From the human T2T-CHM13v2.0 reference genome, Homo sapiens, in assembly GCF_009914755.1 (NCBI RefSeq), contig NC_060941.1: 64,000 nt of DNA, one strand, 5' to 3'. A program made the position numbers and the translations under genes. Below the pieces are notes generated by a model. The model searched no databases and had not been told where the DNA came from. It saw nothing but the letters and a program-made list of their open reading frames with translations. Shown piece after piece: positions 11,501 through 26,500 of this stretch (positions are counted from its first letter, which is position 1; every line of letters starts with the position of its first letter).

Positions 11501-14500
11501 TAGAAACTGCAAGGGGATAATTGCACTCTTTGAGGAGTACCGTAATAAAGGAAATAACTTCCTATAAAAAGAAGACAGAAGCTTTCTCAGAAAATTCTTT
11601 GGGATGATTGAGTTGAACTCACAGAGCTGAGCATTCCTTGCGATGTAGCAGTTTAGAAACACACTTTCTGCAGAATCTGCAAGTGCATATTTGGACCTCT
11701 GTGAGGAATTCGTTGGAAACGGGATAATTTCAGCTGACTAAACAGAAGCAGTCTCAGAATCTTCTTTGTGATGTTTGCATTCAAATCCCCGAGTTGAACT
11801 TTCCTTTCAAAGTTCACGTTTGAAACACTCTTTTTGCAGGATCTACAAGTGGATATTTGGACCACTCTGTGTCCTTCGTTCGAAACGGGTATATCTTCAC
11901 ATGACATCTAGACAGAAGCATCCTCAGAAGCTTCTCTGTGATGACTGCATTCAACTCACGGAGTTGAACACTCCTTTTGAGAGCGCAGTTTTGAAACTCT
12001 CTTTCTGTGGCATCTGCAAGGGGACATGTAGACCTCTTTGAAGATTTCGTTGGAAACGGAATCATCTTCACATAAAAACTACACAGATGCATTCTCAGGA
12101 ACTTTTTGGTGATGTTTGTATTCAACTCCCAGAGTTGAACTTTCCTTTGGAAAGAGCAGCTATGAAACACTGTTTTTCTAGAATCTGCAAGTGGACGTTT
12201 GGAGGGCTTTGTGGTTTGTGGTGGAAAAGGAAATATCTTCACCTAAATACTAGATAGAAGCATTCTCAGAAACTGCTTTGTGATGATTGCATTCACCTCA
12301 CAGAGTTGAACATTCCTATTGATAGAGCAGTTTGGAAACACTCTTGTTGTGGAATGTGCAAGTGGAGATTTGGAGCGCTTTGAGGCCTATGGTAGTAAAG
12401 GGAATAGCTTCATAGAAAAACTAGACAGAAGCATTCTCAGAAAATACTTTGTGATGATTGAGTTTAACTCACAGAGCTGAACATTCCTTTGGATGGAGCA
12501 GTTTTGAGACACACTTTTTGTAGAATCTACAAGTGGATATTTGGACCTCTCTGAGGATTTCGTTGGAAACGGGATAACTGCACCTAACTAAACGGAAGCA
12601 TTCTCAGAAACTTCTTGGTGATGTTTGCATTCAAATCCCAGAGTTGAACCTTCCTTTGATAGTTCAGGTTTGAAACACTCTTTTTGTAGGATCTGCAAGT
12701 GGATATTTGGACCACTCTGTGGCCTTCGTTCGAAACGGGTATATCTTCGCATAAAATCTAGACAGAAGCCTTCTCAGAAACTTCTCTGTGATGATTGCAT
12801 TCAACTCACAGAGTTGAACCCTCCTATGGATAGAGCAGTGTTGAAACTCTCTTTTTGTGGAATCTGCAAGTGGATATGTGGACCTCTCCGAAGATGTCTT
12901 TGGAAACGGGAATATCTTCACATAAAAACTAAACAGAAGCATTCTCAGAAACTTCTCTGTGATGTTTGTGTTCAACTCCCAGAGTTTCACATTGCTTTTC
13001 ATAGAGTAGTTCTGAAACATGCTTTTCGTAGTGTCTACAAGTGGACATTTGGAGCGCTTTCAGGCCTGTGGTGGAAAACGAATTATGGTCACATAAAAAC
13101 TGGAGAGAAGCATTGTCAGAAACTTCTTTGTGATGATTGCATTCAACTCACAGAGTTGAAGGTTCCTTTTCAAAGAGCAGTTTCCAATCACTCTTTGTGT
13201 GGAATCTGCAAGTGGATATTTGGACCTATTTTGAAGATTTCGTTGGAAACGGGAGAATCTTCACAGGAAAGCTAAACAGAAGCATTCTCAGAAACTTCTT
13301 TGTGATGCTTGCATTCAACTCACAGAGTTGAACTTTCCTTTCGAGAGAGAAGCTTTGAAACACTCTTTTTCCAGAATCTGCAAGTGGACATTTGGAGGGC
13401 TTTGAGGCCTGTGGTGGAAAAGGAATTATCTTCCCGTAAAAGCTAGATAGAAGCATTCTCAGAAACTACTTTGTGATGATTGCATTCAAGTCACAGAGTT
13501 GAACATTCCCTTTGACAGAGCAGTTTGGAAACTCTCTTTGTGTAGAATCTGCAAGTGGAGATATGGACCGCTTTGAGGCCTATGGTAGTAAAGGAAATAG
13601 CTTCATATAAAAGCTAGACAGTAGCATTCACAGAAAACTCTTGGTGACGACTGAGTTTAACTCACAGAGCTGAACATTCCTTTGGATGGAGCAGTTTCGA
13701 AACACACTATTTGTAGAATGTGCAAGTGGATATTTAGGCCTCTCTGAGGATTTCGTTGGAAACGGGATAAACCGCACAGAACTAAACAGAAGCATTCTCA
13801 GAACCTTCTTCGTGATGTTTGCATTCAACTCACAGTGTTGAACCTTTCTTTGATAGTTCAGGTTTGAAACGGTCTTTCTGTAGAAACTGCAAGTAGATAT
13901 TTGGACCGCTCTGAGGATTTCGTTGGAAACGGGATAACCCGCACAGAACTAAAACAGAAGCATTCTCAGAACCCTCTTCGTGATGTTTGCATTCAACTCA
14001 CAGTGCTGAACCTTTCTTTGATAGTTCAGCTTTGAAACACTCTTTTTGTAGAAACTGCAAGTGGATATTTGGTCCTCTCTGAGCATTTCGTTGGAAACGG
14101 GATAAACTGCACAGAACTAAACAGAAGCATTCTCAGAACCTTCTTCGTGATGTCTGCATTCAACTCACAGTGTGGAACCTTTCTTTGATAGTTCAGGTTT
14201 GAAACACTCTTTTTGTAGAAACTGCAAGGGGATCATTGCACTCTTTGAGGAGTACCGTAGTAAAGGAAATAACTTCCTATAAAAAGAAGACAGAAGCTTT
14301 CTCAGAAAATTCTTTGGGATGATTGAGTTGAACTCACAGAGCTGAGCATTCCTTGCGATGTAGCAGTTTAGAAACACACTTTCTGCAGAATCTGCAAGTG
14401 CATATTTGGACCTCTGTGAGGAATTCGTTGGAAACGGGATAATTTCAGCTGACTAAACAGAAGCAGTCTCAGAATCTTCTTTGTGATGTTTGCATTCAAA

Positions 14501-17500
14501 TCCCCGAGTTGAACTTTCCTTTCAAAGTTCACGTTTGAAACACTCTTTTTGCAGGATCTACAAGTGGATATTTGGACCACTCTGTGTCCTTCGTTCGAAA
14601 CGGGTATATCTTCACATGACATCTAGACAGAAGCATCCTCAGAAGCTTCTCTGTGATGACTGCATTCAACTCACGGAGTTGAACACTCCTTTTGAGAGCG
14701 CAGTTTTGAAACTCTCTTTCTGTGGCATCTGCAAGGGGACATGTAGACCTCTTTGAAGATTTCGTTGGAAACGGAATCATCTTCACATAAAAACTACACA
14801 GATGCATTCTCAGGAACTTTTTGGTGATGTTTGTATTCAACTCCCAGAGTTGAACTTTCCTTTGGAAAGAGCAGCTATGAAACACTCTTTTTCTAGAATC
14901 TGCAAGTGGACGTTTGGAGGGCTTTGTGGTTTGTGGTGGAAAAGGAAATATCTTCACCTAAATACTAGATAGAAGCATTCTCAGAAACTGCTTTGTGATG
15001 ATTGCATTCACCTCACAGAGTTGAACATTCCTATTGATAGAGCAGTTTGGAAACACTCTTGTTGTGGAATGTGCAAGTGGAGATTTGGAGCGCTTTGAGG
15101 CCTATGGTAGTAAAGGGAATAGCTTCATAGAAAAACTAGACAGAAGCATTCTCAGAAAATACTTTGTGATGATTGAGTTTAACTCACAGAGCTGAACATT
15201 CCTTTGGATGGAGCAGGTTTGAGACACACTTTTTGTAGAATCTACAAGTGGATATTTGGACCTCTCTGAGGATTTCGTTGGAAACGGGATAACTGCACCT
15301 AACTAAACGGAAGCATTCTCAGAAACTTCTTGGTGATGTTTGCATTCAAATCCCAGAGTTGAACCTTCCTTTGATAGTTCAGGTTTGAAACACTCTTTTT
15401 GTAGGATCTGCAAGTGGATATTTGGACCACTCTGTGGCCTTCGTTCGAAACGGGTATATCTTCGCATAAAATCTAGACAGAAGCCTTCTCAGAAACTTCT
15501 CTGTGATGATTGCATTCAACTCACAGAGTTGAACCCTCCTATGGATAGAGCAGTGTTGAAACTCTCTTTTTGTGGAATCTGCAAGTGGATATGTGGACCT
15601 CTCCGAAGATGTCTTTGGAAACGGGAATATCTTCACATAAAAACTAAACAGAAGCATTCTCAGAAACTTCTCTGTGATGTTTGTGTTCAACTCCCAGAGT
15701 TTCACATTGCTTTTCATAGAGTAGTTCTGAAACATGCTTTTCGTAGTGTCTACAAGTGGACATTTGGAGCGCTTTCAGGCCTGTGGTGGAAAACGAATTA
15801 TGGTCACATAAAAACTGGAGAGAAGCATTGTCAGAAACTTCTTTGTGATGATTGCATTCAACTCACAGAGTTGAAGGTTCCTTTTCAAAGAGCAGTTTCC
15901 AATCACTCTTTGTGTGGAATCTGCAAGTGGATATTTGGACCTATTTTGAAGATTTCGTTGGAAACGGGAGAATCTTCACAGGAAAGCTAAACAGAAGCAT
16001 TCTCAGAAACTTCTTTGTGATGCTTGCATTCAACTCACAGAGTTGAACTTTCCTTTCGAGAGAGAAGCTTTGAAACACTCTTTTTCCAGAATCTGCAAGT
16101 GGACATTTGGAGGGCTTTGAGGCCTGTGGTGGAAAAGGAATTATCTTCCCGTAAAAGCTAGATAGAAGCATTCTCAGAAACTACTTTGTGATGATTGCAT
16201 TCAAGTCACAGAGTTGAACATTCCCTTTGACAGAGCAGTTTGGAAACTCTCTTTGTGTAGAATCTGCAAGTGGAGATATGGACCGCTTTGAGGCCTATGG
16301 TAGTAAAGGAAATAGCTTCATATAAAAGCTAGACAGTAGCATTCACAGAAAACTCTTGGTGACGACTGAGTTTAACTCACAGAGCTGAACATTCCTTTGG
16401 ATGGAGCAGTTTCGAAACACACTATTTGTAGAATGTGCAAGTGGATATTTAGGCCTCTCTGAGGATTTCGTTGGAAACGGGATAAACCGCACAGAACTAA
16501 ACAGAAGCATTCTCAGAACCTTCTTCGTGATGTTTGCATTCAACTCACAGTGTTGAACCTTTCTTTGATAGTTCAGGTTTGAAACGGTCTTTCTGTAGAA
16601 ACTGCAAGTAGATATTTGGACCGCTCTGAGGATTTCGTTGGAAACGGGATAACCCGCACAGAACTAAAACAGAAGCATTCTCAGAACCCTCTTCGTGATG
16701 TTTGCATTCAACTCACAGTGCTGAACCTTTCTTTGATAGTTCAGCTTTGAAACACTCTTTTTGTAGAAACTGCAAGTGGATATTTGGTCCTCTCTGAGCA
16801 TTTCGTTGGAAACGGCATAAACTGCACAGAACTAAACAGAAGCATTCTCAGAACCTTCTTCGTGATGTCTGCATTCAACTCACAGTGTGGAACCTTTCTT
16901 TGATAGTTCAGGTTTGAAACACTCTTTTTGTAGAAACTGCAAGGGGATCATTGCACTCTTTGAGGAGTACCGTAGTAAAGGAAATAACTTCCTATAAAAA
17001 GAAGACAGAAGCTTTCTCAGAAAATTCTTTGGGATGATTGAGTTGAACTCACAGAGCTGAGCATTCCTTGCGATGTAGCAGTTTAGAAACACACTTTCTG
17101 CAGAATCTGCAAGTGCATATTTGGACCTCTGTGAGGAATTCGTTGGAAACGGGATAATTTCAGCTGACTAAACAGAAGCAGTCTCAGAATCTTCTTTGTG
17201 ATGTTTGCATTCAAATCCCCGAGTTGAACTTTCCTTTCAAAGTTCACGTTTGAAACACTCTTTTTGCAGGATCTACAAGTGGATATTTGGACCACTCTGT
17301 GTCCTTCGTTCGAAACGGGTATATCTTCACATGACATCTAGACAGAAGCATCCTCAGAAGCTTCTCTGTGATGACTGCATTCAACTCACGGAGTTGAACA
17401 CTCCTTTTGAGAGCGCAGTTTTGAAACTCTCTTTCTGTGGCATCTGCAAGGGGACATGTAGACCTCTTTGAAGATTTCGTTGGAAACGGAATCATCTTCA

Positions 17501-20500
17501 CATAAAAACTACACAGATGCATTCTCAGGAACTTTTTGGTGATGTTTGTATTCAACTCCCAGAGTTGAACTTTCCTTTGGAAAGAGCAGCTATGAAACAC
17601 TCTTTTTCTAGAATCTGCAAGTGGACGTTTGGAGGGCTTTGTGGTTTGTGGTGGAAAAGGAAATATCTTCACCTAAATACTAGATAGAAGCATTCTCAGA
17701 AACTGCTTTGTGATGATTGCATTCACCTCACAGAGTTGAACATTCCTATTGATAGAGCAGTTTGGAAACACTCTTGTTGTGGAATGTGCAAGTGGAGATT
17801 TGGAGCGCTTTGAGGCCTATGGTAGTAAAGGGAATAGCTTCATAGAAAAACTAGACAGAAGCATTCTCAGAAAATACTTTGTGATGATTGAGTTTAACTC
17901 ACAGAGCTGAACATTCCTTTGGATGGAGCAGGTTTGAGACACACTTTTTGTAGAATCTACAAGTGGATATTTGGACCTCTCTGAGGATTTCGTTGGAAAC
18001 GGGATAACTGCACCTAACTAAACGGAAGCATTCTCAGAAACTTCTTGGTGATGTTTGCATTCAAATCCCAGAGTTGAACCTTCCTTTGATAGTTCAGGTT
18101 TGAAACACTCTTTTTGTAGGATCTGCAAGTGGATATTTGGACCACTCTGTGGCCTTCGTTCGAAACGGGTATATCTTCGCATAAAATCTAGACAGAAGCC
18201 TTCTCAGAAACTTCTCTGTGATGATTGCATTCAACTCACAGAGTTGAACCCTCCTATGGATAGAGCAGTGTTGAAACTCTCTTTTTGTGGAATCTGCAAG
18301 TGGATATGTGGACCTCTCCGAAGATGTCTTTGGAAACGGGAATATCTTCACATAAAAACTAAACAGAAGCATTCTCAGAAACTTCTCTGTGATGTTTGTG
18401 TTCAACTCCCAGAGTTTCACATTGCTTTTCATAGAGTAGTTCTGAAACATGCTTTTCGTAGTGTCTACAAGTGGACATTTGGAGCGCTTTCAGGCCTGTG
18501 GTGGAAAACGAATTATGGTCACATAAAAACTGGAGAGAAGCATTGTCAGAAACTTCTTTGTGATGATTGCATTCAACTCACAGAGTTGAAGGTTCCTTTT
18601 CAAAGAGCAGTTTCCAATCACTCTTTCTGTGGAATCTGCAAGTGGATATTTGGACCTATTTTGAAGATTTCGTTGGAAACGGGAGAATCTTCACAGGAAA
18701 GCTAAACAGAAGCATTCTCAGAAACTTCTTTGTGATGCTTGCATTCAACTCACAGAGTTGAACTTTCCTTTCGAGAGAGAAGCTTTGAAACACTCTTTTT
18801 CCAGAATCTGCAAGTGGACATTTGGAGGGCTTTGAGGCCTGTGGTGGAAAAGGAATTATCTTCCCGTAAAAGCTAGATAGAAGCATTCTCAGAAACTACT
18901 TTGTGATGATTGCATTCAAGTCACAGAGTTGAACATTCCCTTTGACACAGCAGTTTGGAAACTCTCTTTGTGTAGAATCTGCAAGTGGAGATATGGACCG
19001 CTTTGAGGCCTATGGTAGTAAAGGAAATAGCTTCATATAAAAGCTAGACAGTAGCATTCACAGAAAACTCTTGGTGACGACTGAGTTTAACTCACAGAGC
19101 TGAACATTCCTTTGGATGGAGCAGTTTCGAAACACACTATTTGTAGAATGTGCAAGTGGATATTTAGGCCTCTCTGAGGATTTCGTTGGAAACGGGATAA
19201 ACCGCACAGAACTAAACAGAAGCATTCTCAGAACCTTCTTCGTGATGTTTGCATTCAACTCACAGTGTTGAACCTTTCTTTGATAGTTCAGGTTTGAAAC
19301 GGTCTTTCTGTAGAAACTGCAAGTAGATATTTGGACCGCTCTGAGGATTTCGTTGGAAACGGGATAACCCGCACAGAACTAAAACAGAAGCATTCTCAGA
19401 ACCCTCTTCGTGATGTTTGCATTCAACTCACAGTGCTGAACCTTTCTTTGATAGTTCAGCTTTGAAACACTCTTTTTGTAGAAACTGCAAGTGGATATTT
19501 GGTCCTCTCTGAGCATTTCGTTGGAAACGGCATAAACTGCACAGAACTAAACAGAAGCATTCTCAGAACCTTCTTCGTGATGTCTGCATTCAACTCACAG
19601 TGTGGAACCTTTCTTTGATAGTTCAGGTTTGAAACACTCTTTTTGTAGAAACTGCAAGGGGATAATTGCACTCTTTGAGGAGTACCGTAGTAAAGGAAAT
19701 AACTTCCTATAAAAAGAAGACAGAAGCTTTCTCAGAAAATTCTTTGGGATGATTGAGTTGAACTCACAGAGCTGAGCATTCCTTGCGATGTAGCAGTTTA
19801 GAAACACACTTTCTGCAGAATCTGCAAGTGCATATTTGGACCTCTGTGAGGAATTCGTTGGAAACGGGATAATTTCAGCTGACTAAACAGAAGCAGTCTC
19901 AGAATCTTCTTTGTGATGTTTGCATTCAAATCCCCGAGTTGAACTTTCCTTTCAAAGTTCACGTTTGAAACACTCTTTTTGCAGGATCTACAAGTGGATA
20001 TTTGGACCACTCTGTGTCCTTCGTTCGAAACGGGTATATCTTCACATGACATCTAGACAGAAACATCCTCAGAAGCTTCTCTGTGATGACTGCATTCAAC
20101 TCACGGAGTTGAACACTCCTTTTGAGAGCGCAGTTTTGAAACTCTCTTTCTGTGGCATCTGCAAGGGGACATGTAGACCTCTTTGAAGATTTCGTTGGAA
20201 ACGGAATCATCTTCACATAAAAACTACACAGATGCATTCTCAAGAACTTTTTGGTGATGTTTGTATTCAACTCCCAGAGTTGAACTTTCCTTTGGAAAGA
20301 GCAGCTATGAAACACTCTTTTTCTAGAATCTGCAAGTGGACGTTTGGAGGGCTTTGTGGTTTGTGGTGGAAAAGGAAATATCTTCACCTAAATACTAGAT
20401 AGAAGCATTCTCAGAAACTGCTTTGTGATGATTGCATTCACCTCACAGAGTTGAACATTCCTATTGATAGAGCAGTTTGGAAACACTCTTGTTGTGGAAT

Positions 20501-23500
20501 GTGCAAGTGGAGATTTGGAGCGCTTTGAGGCCTATGGTAGTAAAGGGAATAGCTTCATAGAAAAACTAGACAGAAGCATTCTCAGAAAATACTTTGTGAT
20601 GATTGAGTTTAACTCACAGAGCTGAACATTCCTTTGGATGGAGCAGGTTTGAGACACACTTTTTGTAGAATCTACAAGTGGATATTTGGACCTCTCTGAG
20701 GATTTCGTTGGAAACGGGATAACTGCACCTAACTAAACGGAAGCATTCTCAGAAACTTCTTGGTGATGTTTGCATTCAAATCCCAGAGTTGAACCTTCCT
20801 TTGATAGTTCAGGTTTGAAACACTCTTTTTGTAGGATCTGCAAGTGGATATTTGGACCACTCTGTGGCCTTCGTTCGAAACGGGTATATCTTCGCATAAA
20901 ATCTAGACAGAAGCCTTCTCAGAAACTTCTCTGTGATGATTGCATTCAACTCACAGAGTTGAACCCTCCTATGGATAGAGCAGTGTTGAAACTCTCTTTT
21001 TGTGGAATCTGCAAGTGGATATGTGGACCTCTCCGAAGATGTCTTTGGAAACGGGAATATCTTCACATAAAAACTAAACAGAAGCATTCTCAGAAACTTC
21101 TCTGTGATGTTTGTGTTCAACTCCCAGAGTTTCACATTGCTTTTCATAGAGTAGTTCTGAAACATGCTTTTCGTAGTGTCTACAAGTGGACATTTGGAGC
21201 GCTTTCAGGCCTGTGGTGGAAAACGAATTATGGTCACATAAAAACTGGAGAGAAGCATTGTCAGAAACTTCTTTGTGATGATTGCATTCAACTCACAGAG
21301 TTGAAGGTTCCTTTTCAAAGAGCAGTTTCCAATCACTCTTTGTGTGGAATCTGCAAGTGGATATTTGGACCTATTTTGAAGATTTCGTTGGAAACGGGAG
21401 AATCTTCACAGGAAAGCTAAACAGAAGCATTCTCAGAAACTTCTTTGTGATGCTTGCATTCAACTCACAGAGTTGAACTTTCCTTTCGAGAGAGAAGCTT
21501 TGAAACACTCTTTTTCCAGAATCTGCAAGTGGACATTTGGAGGGCTTTGAGGCCTGTGGTGGAAAAGGAATTATCTTCCCGTAAAAGCTAGATAGAAGCA
21601 TTCTCAGAAACTACTTTGTGATGATTGCATTCAAGTCACAGAGTTGAACATTCCCTTTGACAGAGCAGTTTGGAAACTCTCTTTGTGTAGAATCTGCAAG
21701 TGGAGATATGGACCGCTTTGAGGCCTATGGTAGTAAAGGAAATAGCTTCATATAAAAGCTAGACAGTAGCATTCACAGAAAACTCTTGGTGACGACTGAG
21801 TTTAACTCACAGAGCTGAACATTCCTTTGGATGGAGCAGTTTCGAAACACACTATTTGTAGAATGTGCAAGTGGATATTTAGGCCTCTCTGAGGATTTCG
21901 TTGGAAACGGGATAAACCGCACAGAACTAAACAGAAGCATTCTCAGAACCTTCTTCGTGATGTTTGCATTCAACTCACAGTGTTGAACCTTTCTTTGATA
22001 GTTCAGGTTTGAAACGGTCTTTCTGTAGAAACTGCAAGTAGATATTTGGACCGCTCTGAGGATTTCGTTGGAAACGGGATAACCCGCACAGAACTAAAAC
22101 AGAAGCATTCTCAGAACCCTCTTCGTGATGTTTGCATTCAACTCACAGTGCTGAACCTTTCTTTGATAGTTCAGCTTTGAAACACTCTTTTTGTAGAAAC
22201 TGCAAGTGGATATTTGGTCCTCTCTGAGCATTTCGTTGGAAACGGGATAAACTGCACAGAACTAAACAGAAGCATTCTCAGAACCTTCTTCGTGATGTCT
22301 GCATTCAACTCACAGTGTGGAACCTTTCTTTGATAGTTCAGGTTTGAAACACTCTTTTTGTAGAAACTGCAAGGGGATCATTGCACTCTTTGAGGAGTAC
22401 CGTAGTAAAGGAAATAACTTCCTATAAAAAGAAGACAGAAGCTTTCTCAGAAAATTCTTTGGGATGATTGAGTTGAACTCACAGAGCTGAGCATTCCTTG
22501 CGATGTAGCAGTTTAGAAACACACTTTCTGCAGAATCTGCAAGTGCATATTTGGACCTCTGTGAGGAATTCGTTGGAAACGGGATAATTTCAGCTGACTA
22601 AACAGAAGCAGTCTCAGAATCTTCTTTGTGATGTTTGCATTCAAATCCCCGAGTTGAACTTTCCTTTCAAAGTTCACGTTTGAAACACTCTTTTTGCAGG
22701 ATCTACAAGTGGATATTTGGACCACTCTGTGTCCTTCGTTCGAAACGGGTATATCTTCACATGACATCTAGACAGAAGCATCCTCAGAAGCTTCTCTGTG
22801 ATGACTGCATTCAACTCACGGAGTTGAACACTCCTTTTGAGAGCGCAGTTTTGAAACTCTCTTTCTGTGGCATCTGCAAGGGGACATGTAGACCTCTTTG
22901 AAGATTTCGTTGGAAACGGAATCATCTTCACATAAAAACTACACAGATGCATTCTCAGGAACTTTTTGGTGATGTTTGTATTCAACTCCCAGAGTTGAAC
23001 TTTCCTTTGGAAAGAGCAGCTATGAAACACTCTTTTTCTAGAATCTGCAAGTGGACGTTTGGAGGGCTTTGTGGTTTGTGGTGGAAAAGGAAATATCTTC
23101 ACCTAAATACTAGATAGAAGCATTCTCAGAAACTGCTTTGTGATGATTGCATTCACCTCACAGAGTTGAACATTCCTATTGATAGAGCAGTTTGGAAACA
23201 CTCTTGTTGTGGAATGTGCAAGTGGAGATTTGGAGCGCTTTGAGGCCTATGGTAGTAAAGGGAATAGCTTCATAGAAAAACTAGACAGAAGCATTCTCAG
23301 AAAATACTTTGTGATGATTGAGTTTAACTCACAGAGCTGAACATTCCTTTGGATGGAGCAGGTTTGAGACACACTTTTTGTAGAATCTACAAGTGGATAT
23401 TTGGACCTCTCTGAGGATTTCGTTGGAAACGGGATAACTGCACCTAACTAAACGGAAGCATTCTCAGAAACTTCTTGGTGATGTTTGCATTCAAATCCCA

Positions 23501-26500
23501 GAGTTGAACCTTCCTTTGATAGTTCAGGTTTGAAACACTCTTTTTGTAGGATCTGCAAGTGGATATTTGGACCACTCTGTGGCCTTCGTTCGAAACGGGT
23601 ATATCTTCGCATAAAATCTAGACAGAAGCCTTCTCAGAAACTTCTCTGTGATGATTGCATTCAACTCACAGAGTTGAACCCTCCTATGGATAGAGCAGTG
23701 TTGAAACTCTCTTTTTGTGGAATCTGCAAGTGGATATGTGGACCTCTCCGAAGATGTCTTTGGAAACGGGAATATCTTCACATAAAAACTAAACAGAAGC
23801 ATTCTCAGAAACTTCTCTGTGATGTTTGTGTTCAACTCCCAGAGTTTCACATTGCTTTTCATAGAGTAGTTCTGAAACATGCTTTTCGTAGTGTCTACAA
23901 GTGGACATTTGGAGCGCTTTCAGGCCTGTGGTGGAAAACGAATTATGGTCACATAAAAACTGGAGAGAAGCATTGTCAGAAACTTCTTTGTGATGATTGC
24001 ATTCAACTCACAGAGTTGAAGGTTCCTTTTCAAAGAGCAGTTTCCAATCACTCTTTCTGTGGAATCTGCAAGTGGATATTTGGACCTATTTTGAAGATTT
24101 CGTTGGAAACGGGAGAATCTTCACAGGAAAGCTAAACAGAAGCATTCTCAGAAACTTCTTTGTGATGCTTGCATTCAACTCACAGAGTTGAACTTTCCTT
24201 TCGAGAGAGAAGCTTTGAAACACTCTTTTTCCAGAATCTGCAAGTGGACATTTGGAGGGCTTTGAGGCCTGTGGTGGAAAAGGAATTATCTTCCCGTAAA
24301 AGCTAGATAGAAGCATTCTCAGAAACTACTTTGTGATGATTGCATTCAAGTCACAGAGTTGAACATTCCCTTTGACACAGCAGTTTGGAAACTCTCTTTG
24401 TGTAGAATCTGCAAGTGGAGATATGGACCGCTTTGAGGCCTATGGTAGTAAAGGAAATAGCTTCATATAAAAGCTAGACAGTAGCATTCACAGAAAACTC
24501 TTGGTGACGACTGAGTTTAACTCACAGAGCTGAACATTCCTTTGGATGGAGCAGTTTCGAAACACACTATTTGTAGAATGTGCAAGTGGATATTTAGGCC
24601 TCTCTGAGGATTTCGTTGGAAACGGGATAAACCGCACAGAACTAAACAGAAGCATTCTCAGAACCTTCTTCGTGATGTTTGCATTCAACTCACAGTGTTG
24701 AACCTTTCTTTGATAGTTCAGGTTTGAAACGGTCTTTCTGTAGAAACTGCAAGTAGATATTTGGACCGCTCTGAGGATTTCGTTGGAAACGGGATAACCC
24801 GCACAGAACTAAAACAGAAGCATTCTCAGAACCCTCTTCGTGATGTTTGCATTCAACTCACAGTGCTGAACCTTTCTTTGATAGTTCAGCTTTGAAACAC
24901 TCTTTTTGTAGAAACTGCAAGTGGATATTTGGTCCTCTCTGAGCATTTCGTTGGAAACGGGATAAACTGCACAGAACTAAACAGAAGCATTCTCAGAACC
25001 TTCTTCGTGATATCTGCATTCAACTCACAGTGTGGAACCTTTCTTTGATAGTTCAGGTTTGAAACACTCTTTTTGTAGAAACTGCAAGGGGATCATTGCA
25101 CTCTTTGAGGAGTACCGTAGTAAAGGAAATAACTTCCTATAAAAAGAAGACAGAAGCTTTCTCAGAAAATTCTTTGGGATGATTGAGTTGAACTCACAGA
25201 GCTGAGCATTCCTTGCGATGTAGCAGTTTAGAAACACACTTTCTGCAGAATCTGCAAGTGCATATTTGGACCTCTGTGAGGAATTCGTTGGAAACGGGAT
25301 AATTTCAGCTGACTAAACAGAAGCAGTCTCAGAATCTTCTTTGTGATGTTTGCATTCAAATCCCCGAGTTGAACTTTCCTTTCAAAGTTCACGTTTGAAA
25401 CACTCTTTTTGCAGGATCTACAAGTGGATATTTGGACCACTCTGTGTCCTTCGTTCGAAACGGGTATATCTTCACATGACATCTAGACAGAAGCATCCTC
25501 AGAAGCTTCTCTGTGATGACTGCATTCAACTCACGGAGTTGAACACTCCTTTTGAGAGCGCAGTTTTGAAACTCTCTTTCTGTGGCATCTGCAAGGGGAC
25601 ATGTAGACCTCTTTGAAGATTTCGTTGGAAACGGAATCATCTTCACATAAAAACTACACAGATGCATTCTCAGGAACTTTTTGGTGATGTTTGTATTCAA
25701 CTCCCAGAGTTGAACTTTCCTTTGGAAAGAGCAGCTATGAAACACTCTTTTTCTAGAATCTGCAAGTGGACGTTTGGAGGGCTTTGTGGTTTGTGGTGGA
25801 AAAGGAAATATCTTCACCTAAATACTAGATAGAAGCATTCTCAGAAACTGCTTTGTGATGATTGCATTCACCTCACAGAGTTGAACATTCCTATTGATAG
25901 AGCAGTTTGGAAACACTCTTGTTGTGGAATGTGCAAGTGGAGATTTGGAGCGCTTTGAGGCCTATGGTAGTAAAGGGAATAGCTTCATAGAAAAACTAGA
26001 CAGAAGCATTCTCAGAAAATACTTTGTGATGATTGAGTTTAACTCACAGAGCTGAACATTCCTTTGGATGGAGCAGGTTTGAGACACACTTTTTGTAGAA
26101 TCTACAAGTGGATATTTGGACCTCTCTGAGGATTTCGTTGGAAACGGGATAACTGCACCTAACTAAACGGAAGCATTCTCAGAAACTTCTTGGTGATGTT
26201 TGCATTCAAATCCCAGAGTTGAACCTTCCTTTGATAGTTCAGGTTTGAAACACTCTTTTTGTAGGATCTGCAAGTGGATATTTGGACCACTCTGTGGCCT
26301 TCGTTCGAAACGGGTATATCTTCGCATAAAATCTAGACAGAAGCCTTCTCAGAAACTTCTCTGTGATGATTGCATTCAACTCACAGAGTTGAACCCTCCT
26401 ATGGATAGAGCAGTGTTGAAACTCTCTTTTTGTGGAATCTGCAAGTGGATATGTGGACCTCTCCGAAGATGTCTTTGGAAACGGGAATATCTTCACATAA

